DNA from: Candidatus Poseidoniales archaeon
GTDB lineage: Archaea; Thermoplasmatota; Poseidoniia; Poseidoniales; Poseidoniaceae
Assembly (NCBI GenBank): GCA_038144595.1
Contig: JAYQOB010000003.1
Coordinates: 1,949 to 65,948, forward strand
Reading direction: 5' to 3'
DNA: 64,000 bases
Position 1 is the first letter of the stretch, and the number at the start of each line of letters is the position of its first letter. Shown piece after piece: positions 26,257-34,731 of this stretch. A program made the position numbers and the translations under genes. The notes under the pieces are model-generated. The model ran no database searches and was not told the origin of the DNA. It worked only from the letters and a program-made list of their open reading frames with translations.

Positions 26257-27444
26257 ATGGCGGAGGAGGGAGCGGGTCGAAAGGGCTCCCCGCCGACCCA
26301 TGCGGACGCTGTTCAAGGCACAAACGGGCGATGGTCCAACGCGGACAACACCCCGCTACCCGTGAGTGCGAGCGACCTCGAACGCTACACCTACTGCCCG
26401 ATGTCGTGGTACCTCGCCACCAAGGGCGTCAGCGGGCAAAGCGAAGCCATCGAGAAAGGAAAACAGCAGCATCAAGCCATCCACGAATCCATGATGAACC
26501 TCAAAGGGCATCAGTTCGAAGCCAAACGAAACCTGCTCATTTGGCAGTGGTGGTACGCCATCATCGTGGTCTTGCTCATCGATACGGTGGCCATGCAGTA
26601 CATCGATGATCTGGGACTGAATGTGATGGAATTTTCAAAACTCTTGGCTGCCGGAGCGCTCTCGTTCCTGGTGGTCGGCATCCTGGCGCTCCTCGTGCCG
26701 TGGCGGAAAGCCATCGGCTTGAACGAGCCCTTTCTGCCCACGCTTGAAGGTGGGATGGAAACCATCGATCCTGTGTTTGAACCGCGTGGGTTCATGGGTG
26801 GCTGGTTCCAAGGCGGCATCCTCGAGGCCTCGATGTTCGTTTCAGCCATCCTGTTGGCCGTTCATTCAAGCGCCCTTCTGTTCGCAGAAGATCGGCAGCA
26901 AGCCGCATACGTGCTGGCCATCACCACCTTGAGTTGGACGCTCCTTGCTTCCGTGGTCCTGCGCCGAGCGTTGAAGAACAACGACGAGGCACGGCGCATC
27001 GCCACGGAAAACGACCTGAAGATGACCGACGAAATCTCCTACTCGGACGACGAGGAGAGCGCTCAACTGCTGGTCGACAAGGACACGGGCCTGCGCGGTC
27101 GACCCGACCAAATCGTCATCATCGATTCAGAGTTCATTCCCGTTGAGCAAAAGACGGGCAAAGTCCCCAAACGACCTCACGATTCACATCGGCTGCAGGC
27201 CCTCGCCTACGCACGCTTGGTTGAGGTGACCACTGGCCGCACACCGCCGTACGCACTTCTCCGGTACGGCAGCGACCACCTCCACCAACTGCCATGGGAC
27301 GACGCGGCGAAGGAAGAGCTGGATCAACAAATCACAGCGGTGCAACTCGCCATGGCGCAAGGCGGTGCCACTCGAAACCACGAACGCCCGGGGAAATGTC
27401 AGCATTGTTCACGCCGCCATGCCTGCGATGAGCGCTTGGCTTGA
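26257..27444 (+). CDS. Cas4/DUF83-family PD-(D/E)XK nuclease with a 4-TM membrane insertion
   Basis: ATG at 26257 in ORF 26203..27444. N-terminal SASDLERYTYCPMSWYL (first cluster Cys) and KGKQQHQAIHE. Four hydrophobic helices follow (about aa 92-237). Then RPDQIVIIDSEFIPVEQKTGK (D...ExK), HRLQALAYARL (QxxxY) and C-terminal CQHCSRRHAC (Cx2Cx5C). Confidence 0.7.
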   Translation: MAEEGAGRKGSPPTHADAVQGTNGRWSNADNTPLPVSASDLERYTYCPMSWYLATKGVSGQSEAIEKGKQQHQAIHESMMNLKGHQFEAKRNLLIWQWWYAIIVVLLIDTVAMQYIDDLGLNVMEFSKLLAAGALSFLVVGILALLVPWRKAIGLNEPFLPTLEGGMETIDPVFEPRGFMGGWFQGGILEASMFVSAILLAVHSSALLFAEDRQQAAYVLAITTLSWTLLASVVLRRALKNNDEARRIATENDLKMTDEISYSDDEESAQLLVDKDTGLRGRPDQIVIIDSEFIPVEQKTGKVPKRPHDSHRLQALAYARLVEVTTGRTPPYALLRYGSDHLHQLPWDDAAKEELDQQITAVQLAMAQGGATRNHERPGKCQHCSRRHACDERLA

Positions 27445-27445
27445 C

Positions 27446-28003
27446 TCAGTAGCATTCGTCAACCAACGGGTACTGGATGCAACTGTTGGTGATGGTGACG
27501 ATGATGACAAAATTGTCTTGAATGGAGCCAAAGGTGCTCTCTCCTCCACCTCGGGCCTGAATGTCAAGTTCCCACTCACCCTGAGCGAAGGAAGGGTTAG
27601 GCAACAGCGATTCCTCGAGGGGGCTGGCGTCTTCGCTCACGTCTTGTTCCCACTGAACGTTGCCTTCAGCATCGGTCAGTGTGGCGCGAACGTAGTGGCT
27701 TTCGTTCTCTAAAAGAACGGTGGGGAGGTTGCGCGATGCCTCGAATGAGACCTTGAAGTAGACGTTGATCTCGTTGGTCTGCTCGTCAACCATGAACGTT
27801 GAGCGGTTCGTGTATTCAGTGAAGTAGTCGTCAAGGTTCTCAAAAGCGTGAATCACCGTGATTTTCTCGTTGTTGAGGTCCTCGTACGCCGGTTCACGGA
27901 GTTCCTCGACCGCTTCGCGAGCAGCGATGAGACCCATGCACCCCGACGTGGAAGCCATCATGACCACCACGAGGAGGGCAGCACCGAGGCCTGGACGCGC
28001 CAT
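27446..28003 (-). CDS. hypothetical secreted lipoprotein
   Basis: ATG at 28003 gives MARPGLGAALLVVVMMASTSGCMG (signal peptide with a lipobox-like TSGC). The acidic mature domain ends in two Cys (NSCIQYPLVDECY). Confidence 0.5.
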   Translation of the reverse strand: MARPGLGAALLVVVMMASTSGCMGLIAAREAVEELREPAYEDLNNEKITVIHAFENLDDYFTEYTNRSTFMVDEQTNEINVYFKVSFEASRNLPTVLLENESHYVRATLTDAEGNVQWEQDVSEDASPLEESLLPNPSFAQGEWELDIQARGGGESTFGSIQDNFVIIVTITNSCIQYPLVDECY

Positions 28004-28150
28004 GCCATCACCATCGGCCACGACCCTATGAAGCACACGCTGGAAGGTGCGAGCATTTCAAATTCACATCACGCATGGGAAAGGCGTCTGAATGAAGCGA
28101 TTGATGGCCGAGCCACGGCGATGACGAGCCCTATGAACGCTGACAGACAC

Positions 28151-30966
28151 TCAACCAAACTTCGCCCCGCAGGTACCACATTCGGTGGCATCAGCAGGAA
28201 GATCTGCGCCGCATGCACCGCACTCATCGGTTGGGGCCGCAGGTGCTTCCTCTTTCTTGGGTTGCCTGGAGGGGCGCCGTCGGGCTGGCTTTCGTGTCCT
28301 GGCAGGTGCAGCAGTTCCTCCGGTTTCAGGTGAAGCGGCCGGAGGGTCGTCCTTGGCATCATCAAACGTGAAGTTTGCCGTCGCCTCTGAAACTTCATTT
28401 CCTGCAAACGAGGAGTCCGTCAAGCTCATGCCGATGTTGACCTTTTCACCGGGAAGAACACCCTCTTCACCCGTAATTTCGAACAATTGCTCTCGAATGG
28501 AGGCGTCTGAAGCACTGAGCTCGCCGGTCTCTTCGCCCAAGGACTTGAGTTCGCCCTTCTCGGAGAGGAAGGAGTCGAGCCCTTGCTGTTCGTCGCCGCG
28601 ACGAGCGTTCAGGGTCGTCGTGACCTGTTCCTTGTAGGCTTCAATCTCCTCCTCGGTCATGTCTTCCATGGCCATTTCGTCAGCAAATCGGCGGTCGTAC
28701 GCAGCCTCCACCTCGGCCTCTGCGGCCTCGATGTTGGTGTCCCATTCTTCCTCGAGATGTTCCTCATCGAAACCGAATTCCTTGACCGCATCAGCGAAGT
28801 TTTGGGTGCCGGTGACGATCTCATCTTCATCGTCTTCGGGAAGCGCCACCTCTTCTTTGATCACTTCACGGCGCTCGCGGCGCTCACGACGTTCGAAGAA
28901 CGACGACACATCTTGGTAAGCGCCGCAGTATGCGCAATTTTCCATGAGGTCCGGAATGGATTCGCCGCACTCATGGCAGTCGTGGAACTGATTCCTTGCC
29001 TTCTTGAGGTTGAAGGAACAGTGAGGACATCGATCTTCGGTGCCTTCCAATTCCCCGTCGCAAGCAGGGCAGTATTCGTAGATGTCTCGCTCGACCTCCT
29101 CCTCGCGTTCTCGCGTCAGGATGACAGCGGCCACCAAGGCACCGATGAGACCAACGGCCACCAACGCAAACAAGGTTACCGTCCCTGCTTCGGATGAACC
29201 ACCTGTACCGTCGTTGCCCGTTGTGGTGGCAAGCGTTGCGAACGAGCGGGAGAAGGTGGAACTGATGGACGCATCCTCGGGGATCAGGCGGACGGTGGTG
29301 GTCGACGCCGTGGCAGTGAAGGTGCACGAGAGTTGCCCTCGGTCCCCACGGTTCTGGATGTCGACGGCCATGGTGGAAAGGACGGTGTTGCTGCTGTCCT
29401 GACAGGTGTAGTTCGCTACGCCGGTTTCCTGGCTGGTCAACCCGATGCTCAAGGTGTAAGCGGCGCCATCGGCCAGGGGCATGGTCGCCACGTTGTTTTC
29501 CGCATCAAGAAGTTCCAACGAGGCGTATTCCCACTCGAGTTTCAGCTTGGATTCAACCAGAACCGAACCGGTGGCGAAGGAATTCTGTTTGTTGGCATCC
29601 CAACTCCCGGACGCCGCAACCCACTGGCCCTCAAATTCAGCGGTGTGAGCGCCGAGCGCCGTGGGAAGTTCAACGGTCCACGTGAACGCCTCTCCTGCAT
29701 CCAGGAGGATCGGTGGGGACTGTCCGGTCAAGCCATCAAAGGTGTACTGAATGTTGCCCGAAACACCGATGTCGCCGGTGTTCTCCATGGTGACCCTCCA
29801 CTCAACGTCCTCGCCGGACTGCACCGATGGGACGGTGGGCAGGGCGTTGGCGTCCACGTAGACATCGGGAATGGGGTAGATGGTGAGCACGCCCGAGGTG
29901 AGGTCGTTGTCGGTGGACTCCTGCTCAAAGCCGGGAGCGTTGAACGGGTTGATCTTCGCCGAAACCACGTGATCGCCCTCGGGCAGTGAACTGAGCGTGG
30001 TGGCGTTGAGTTGTGCAGAAAAGGCTTGCTCGATGTAGCCCACACCGGAAAGCGCCACGGTGAACGGTTGGCTGGTGATGAGACCGCCCGTTGGTGTTTG
30101 GACTTGAAGCCAAACCGGGACGTCGGCAGCACCGGTTCCGTTGGTACGAACCATGGTGCCTTCCACGGTCCACGGGCCTTCGAGTGCACCCTCAGCGGTG
30201 GTGATGGTCAGACCGTCTTTGAACGTCAAATCCATTCGCGTGGCCACCACCAACTCGACATCCTTGACTTTGTTCATCTCGGAGGCCTCCTCAACGATGT
30301 TCTCGGCGTCGGGCGTGACCTGAACGGTATGAGCGCCGCTGCTCGGTGCGACGATGGTGGTGTTGACCCAAGCCGAGGAGCCGGCCGTTAGGGCGGGTGT
30401 ATCGAGCAGGACATCGCTGGATTCAGGCACCTCGAGCAGGAGTTTGGTCGCTGGAGCGTCCACCGACCCGGAGTTGAGAACCAAGGCCGAGAGGTCCACG
30501 GTGTCACCCGCGTAGACCGTTGAGGAAGTGTCCAGTTCCAGCGTGTCAACACGTAGGTTGGGCAATCATGCGACCACGAATGACTTGTTGACTCGGGCAG
30601 GAGAATCGCCCCCGCTGAAAATTCAAACCAGACGGTGTGGTTGCCTTCCGTCAAGCCCGACCATGTGGCGGTGATCGTGGTCCAGTCTTCGCCGGGCACG
30701 GTTACCTGATTGAAATACAAACGACTGTTGTCAGCAATGAATTCTTTGTAAAATGCAACGTTCACGTTGAACGCATCGCTTTGTTGGCTGTTGTACAACA
30801 TTACGCTGATGTCGACCGAACCGCCCATGACGGGGTCGCTGGGTGTGAGCGACATGCTCACGGCCGACGCCTGTACGCCACCGCTCTCCTCGGCGTGCGC
30901 TGCCAAAGGCAGGACACCGAAGAAGAGAAGACCGAGGAGGACCAACGCGGTTGCTTTGCGCTCCAT
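28151..30966 (-). pseudogene. large CARDB/Ig-like repeat surface protein with a C-terminal TM and a roughly 320-aa cytoplasmic tail bearing three zinc ribbons; N-terminal region disrupted by a frameshift (C5/G5 run 30609-30613) and an in-frame TGA (30566-30568)
   Basis: ATG at 30966: MERKATALVLLGLLFFGVLPLAAHA (signal peptide) plus the first beta-sandwich domain in the frame of ORF 30388..31020, up to ...HTVWFEFS. The sequence continues in the frame of ORF 28151..30565 as GGDSPARVNKSFVVA*LPNLRVDTLELD... TM is TVTLFALVAVGLIGALVAAVILT. Tail zinc ribbons are CPAC..CPHC, CHEC..CAYC and CGAC..CGTC. Confidence 0.65.
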
Positions 30967-31173
30967 GCCTTGCCTTGGTCGTTCAAAGCACTTGAACCCA
31001 TCTCCAAATTGCCACCTCAAAGAGCCCTGCTGCCCGTGTTTGGGCGGAAACCATGCAGGTGGTCGGGAACCTCCGTTCCACCGGTTTGGGAAGGGGAGAG
31101 TTGAAGGCTCACCGAAGGTGTGGAAGTGGCATGGGACGAAGCAGTGCGGCCGTGTGGCTGGTAGCGCTGCTCG

Positions 31174-32949
31174 ATGTGTTCCTTCCTTCCCGCCACGAAC
31201 CCGGTCGTTCCATCAATTCTGGAGGACACCCCGGAAACCAGCCAGAGCGGCGCATCGGGCCTGAACATTGCCTTCTCAAACGGCCCGGCCCAAAACGATG
31301 AGATCAAAGGAACCCATGCGGTCACGTTCAGCGTCGGTGGAACGGGAACGTTGGCCTCCTTGTTGGTCGAGATCACCACCGATGAATCCACCTGGACCAC
31401 GCTCGTGAACTTGACAACCACCCCGTGGATGTACCCGTTTGACACCACCTCCGTGACCAACGACACCTACAAACTCCGTGCGTCGGGTTGGGACAGCGAC
31501 AGCGAGAGTTTCGCCTTGGCCGAGAGCGGATGGTTTGACATCGTCAATCAGGTGCCAGCCATCACCACCTTCACCGTGCTCAACCCGGATGCCGGCACCG
31601 GTGCCAGCCTCTCCGACCGAGCATGGTTCAACATCGGTGCCCAGGACACGCTCTCCTTCCGCTGGGGAGCCAGCGATGATGACCTCAAGCAAGCCACGCT
31701 GTCAAACGTCCCCGGTCCGGGTGCACCGGCCACCGACGGCCCCACCTCGCTGAGTTACGGCTGGGATTGGGCGAGCGGGAACATGCAGGAGGGGACGTGG
31801 TCGCCACGTTTGACCGTCCAAGACAACTCCGGCCTGTCCAACACCTCAACCCTCTTCATCGGCATTGACCGCACAGGTCCGACCATCGGCACGGTGACCG
31901 TCGGCGACGGCGATGCGTGGCAGCAATCCACCGAAGTCTCCATCAGCGGGTTGCTGACGGAAGCCGACGACGGTCAAGGCTCCGGCGTTGCCAGCGTGGA
32001 TTACGCACTCAACGGCGATGCATGGACCACCACCACCAGCGACACCCTCGACCTGACGCTCACCGAAGGTGTTCACAGCCTGACGTTGCGAGCCACCGAC
32101 CGCGTCGGAAACACCGGCGCCAACAGCACGGTGATGGTGCGCGTTGACCAAACCGCTCCCATCGGCTTGTCGTGGTCGGTCGACGAACTGACCACCAGTC
32201 GCCTGGGTGCCGCCAACGTTTCCTTCAACGCAGAGGACGCTGACTCCGGTATTGACAACTCGGCGTCCTACATCCAGTACGGCTTCGATTCCAACGGCGT
32301 GGGTGAAACACCCGACCTTTCCGGTCGCTGGTTGACCTTGGGCGTGAACGGGCTGTCGGGCCAGGTGGGTTTGGCCAGCTGGGCCACCAAGTCCCGCCAG
32401 CACCTGATGTTCCGTGCCATCCTTGTGGACGAGGCGGGCAACTCGTTCACCACGCAGGCCACCTCGTTCCAAATCCTGCCCGGGCTCGACCGATATTGGA
32501 ACGTCAGTGAAACCAACGTCGACCGCTTGGTCGTCCGACCCGGCGAACAGACGGGCAACATCACGATCACCAGCGTCCTTGAATCCAACGAAGACTACGG
32601 TGGCAGCGTCATCGTTCGTCTGGAAACCGCTCCCGCCGACCGTTCCTCAACCGTGGAATGGACGGTCATGGAAACTCGCAACCTACCCGCTGGTACCCTG
32701 TCAAACAGCAGCGAGACCATCGTGTGGCAGTACACGGTTCCTCGAGCAGGACAGTTTGACCTGCGGTTGGTCATCGATTTCGCCAACGTGATTGACGAAT
32801 ACGACGAAGGCAACAACAACAACTACCTCTACGTCACGGGCGCTTCCCTTGACGCCCCCGGCCTCGTGCCCTCGTTTGCTCCCTCGTTGCTGCTCATTGT
32901 CCTCGTTGGCTTTGCCCTCGCCCTTCTCCAGCAGAGGACAAGGGATTGA
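31174..32949 (+). CDS. Ig-like/CARDB-repeat surface protein with a C-terminal TM anchor (true start probably ATG 31131 in another frame, i.e. a further apparent frameshift)
   Basis: 591-aa ORF with repeated beta-sandwich-type segments (...VHSLTLRATDRVGNTGANSTVMVRVDQTAP...) and a CARDB-like end (DEYDEGNNNNY). C-terminal segment is PSFAPSLLLIVLVGFALALLQQRTRD. There is no signal peptide in frame, but MGRSSAAVWLVALLDVFLPS is encoded from 31131 in the adjacent frame. Confidence 0.65.
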   Translation: MCSFLPATNPVVPSILEDTPETSQSGASGLNIAFSNGPAQNDEIKGTHAVTFSVGGTGTLASLLVEITTDESTWTTLVNLTTTPWMYPFDTTSVTNDTYKLRASGWDSDSESFALAESGWFDIVNQVPAITTFTVLNPDAGTGASLSDRAWFNIGAQDTLSFRWGASDDDLKQATLSNVPGPGAPATDGPTSLSYGWDWASGNMQEGTWSPRLTVQDNSGLSNTSTLFIGIDRTGPTIGTVTVGDGDAWQQSTEVSISGLLTEADDGQGSGVASVDYALNGDAWTTTTSDTLDLTLTEGVHSLTLRATDRVGNTGANSTVMVRVDQTAPIGLSWSVDELTTSRLGAANVSFNAEDADSGIDNSASYIQYGFDSNGVGETPDLSGRWLTLGVNGLSGQVGLASWATKSRQHLMFRAILVDEAGNSFTTQATSFQILPGLDRYWNVSETNVDRLVVRPGEQTGNITITSVLESNEDYGGSVIVRLETAPADRSSTVEWTVMETRNLPAGTLSNSSETIVWQYTVPRAGQFDLRLVIDFANVIDEYDEGNNNNYLYVTGASLDAPGLVPSFAPSLLLIVLVGFALALLQQRTRD

Positions 32950-32974
32950 AAAGTACCGGGCCTCACGGCCGGTC

Positions 32975-33724
32975 ATGCGCCAGTCGCTTCCCCGTGTTCC
33001 AAAGGACCGCATCGCGGTCATCATTGGTGCCAAAGGAGCGACCAGCAAAGCCATCCGAGAAGCAGCGGGCTGTCTGAAATTCATCATTGATTCAGAATCG
33101 GGCGACATCGAAGTGGAGTGGGGAGAACCCGGCACTTACGACCCGGTGAAAGCCATGAAACTCCCCGACGTGGTCAAGGCCATCGGCCGAGGCATGGCGC
33201 CAGATGCTGCCGTGCGCTTGCTCGATGACGACCACTTCTTCGAACTCGTTGACCTGCGAGATTACGTTGGGAAGCGTTCCAACCAGCAACGCCGCATCCG
33301 TGCACGCATCATCGGTCGTCAAGGAAAGATTCGCAAACTCATCGAGCAGCTGACGGACACCCAGATCAGCATCTACAACTCCACCGTGGTGTTGGTCGGT
33401 GAAGAAAGCGGCTTGTTCGCCGCACGGCAGGCCATCGAAATGCTCGCCGGCGGCTCGGAGCACGGTACCGTCATCGGTTTCCTTGAACGCGATCGCAAGC
33501 GTGCCCGCCTTGAATCTCGATCCCTCGACGTTCACGAGGAGCGTGCCCCCACGGCCACCCCGTCCTCTGGATTCGAAGGTCTCGTTCCCGGGCTGGCTGA
33601 AATCTCACAGGAACGACGCAACCGTCGCATGAAGGCTGCCCAAGTCAACCCCGAGGATGAGGAAGCCGTTGCCGAGATGATGGAACTCGCTGAAGACGAA
33701 AACATTCAGTGGGAAGAAGAGTGA
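32975..33724 (+). CDS. KH-domain RNA-binding protein (archaeal Dim2/Pno1-like) with an acidic C-terminal tail
   Basis: ATG at 32975 in ORF 32792..33724. IAVIIGAKGATSKAIRE and RIIGRQGKIRKLIEQ carry two GxxG KH loops. It sits beside rio1 and aIF-1A, a neighbourhood typical of archaea. Confidence 0.75.
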   Translation: MRQSLPRVPKDRIAVIIGAKGATSKAIREAAGCLKFIIDSESGDIEVEWGEPGTYDPVKAMKLPDVVKAIGRGMAPDAAVRLLDDDHFFELVDLRDYVGKRSNQQRRIRARIIGRQGKIRKLIEQLTDTQISIYNSTVVLVGEESGLFAARQAIEMLAGGSEHGTVIGFLERDRKRARLESRSLDVHEERAPTATPSSGFEGLVPGLAEISQERRNRRMKAAQVNPEDEEAVAEMMELAEDENIQWEEE

Positions 33725-34714
33725 TCAGTCCAGCAACTCGACCTGCTCCACGTCGGACAGGTCCATGTTCAGCACCTCGTACATGGCGCCTGCCAAATCC
33801 ACATCAAGTCCGTTCTTTTGACCCCATTCAACCAGTCGGGTGACGTCCCGAACGAGGAACTCCTGCGCCTTGGGGTGGCTGTCAACCACCCCTTGCCCGA
33901 CGTCGATGACACAAGCCCGACCGTCGTGCCACAGAATGTTGTACGGTGAAAAATCGCCGTGAACGAGGTTCGCTTTCTGCCAGGAAACGGCCAAGAACTT
34001 CAGCAAATCATCGTAGACGATCTGCGGCTCGTCGATGGCGACGTCCCGAAGTTTAGGCGATGGCGAGGTTGCAGTACCCACATAATCCATCACGAGGACG
34101 TTCTTGTGCACGCCGTGAGCACGCGGGACGTTCAATCCCCAGCGAGCCAGACGGGTCAGGTTTCGGTGTTCTTTGCGCACCCACACCTCGACCAAATCGC
34201 GATGCTTCCGTCGAAGGCCGGTGAACCGAGGGTCGCCCTCAATGTACTGGATCAGGTTCTTGAACACGGCATTGGAGGTGTGGAAAATTTTCACCGCCAC
34301 GGGCTCACCTGCCAGGTTGGTGGCGTGAAAAACGTGGGCTTCCTTGCCACGAGCGACGGGGAAATCCAACGTGTCGATGACCCCGGATCTCATCATCTTG
34401 TAAAGGGCCATCAGCGTCAGACGGTCAAACACCTGGTCGAGGACACGCCGGTCCACCCAGTCGTAGGTTCCCGTGCCCATGGCGCCCTGAATCTTGGCTT
34501 CGATGTCTCGAAACATCGTGTTGTAGCGCTCTTCCTTCATCCATTCATAGCGACCTTGACGGTCGTTGAGGCCCTGCAGAAACTTGTTTTGTTCTGCCCG
34601 ATGATGCTCGTGGTCGAGACGCTCAGCGTTGGTGCGGTGCTGTCGCTTCTTCTTGGGTTTCCGTCCTTTGCGGGGACGACCGGCCAATTCGTCCCAGTCG
34701 TCATCACGGGCCAT
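33725..34714 (-). CDS. rio1: RIO-type serine/threonine protein kinase (Rio1-like)
   Basis: VARGKEAHVFHATNLAGEPVAVKIFHTS...EHRNLTRL...VLVMDYVG...LVHGDFSPYNILW...VIDVGQGV. These are the RIO ATP-binding Lys, the catalytic HGD.S.YN and the metal-binding ID motifs. Confidence 0.9.
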   Translation of the reverse strand: MARDDDWDELAGRPRKGRKPKKKRQHRTNAERLDHEHHRAEQNKFLQGLNDRQGRYEWMKEERYNTMFRDIEAKIQGAMGTGTYDWVDRRVLDQVFDRLTLMALYKMMRSGVIDTLDFPVARGKEAHVFHATNLAGEPVAVKIFHTSNAVFKNLIQYIEGDPRFTGLRRKHRDLVEVWVRKEHRNLTRLARWGLNVPRAHGVHKNVLVMDYVGTATSPSPKLRDVAIDEPQIVYDDLLKFLAVSWQKANLVHGDFSPYNILWHDGRACVIDVGQGVVDSHPKAQEFLVRDVTRLVEWGQKNGLDVDLAGAMYEVLNMDLSDVEQVELLD

Positions 34715-34731
34715 GCGGCTACCTCATGGAC

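Noticed and set aside
26257-27444. Cas4-family gene as an indicator of a CRISPR-Cas locus
   Set aside because: No direct-repeat array and no cas1, cas2 or effector genes are present anywhere in the window. Solo Cas4/DUF83 nucleases are common outside CRISPR loci.
30566-30568. In-frame TGA in the CARDB surface protein as selenocysteine or programmed readthrough
   Set aside because: There is no SECIS-like context that I can recognise, and the position is a domain linker with no redox motif. A frameshift lies only about 45 nt away, so a lesion or sequencing error is more likely.
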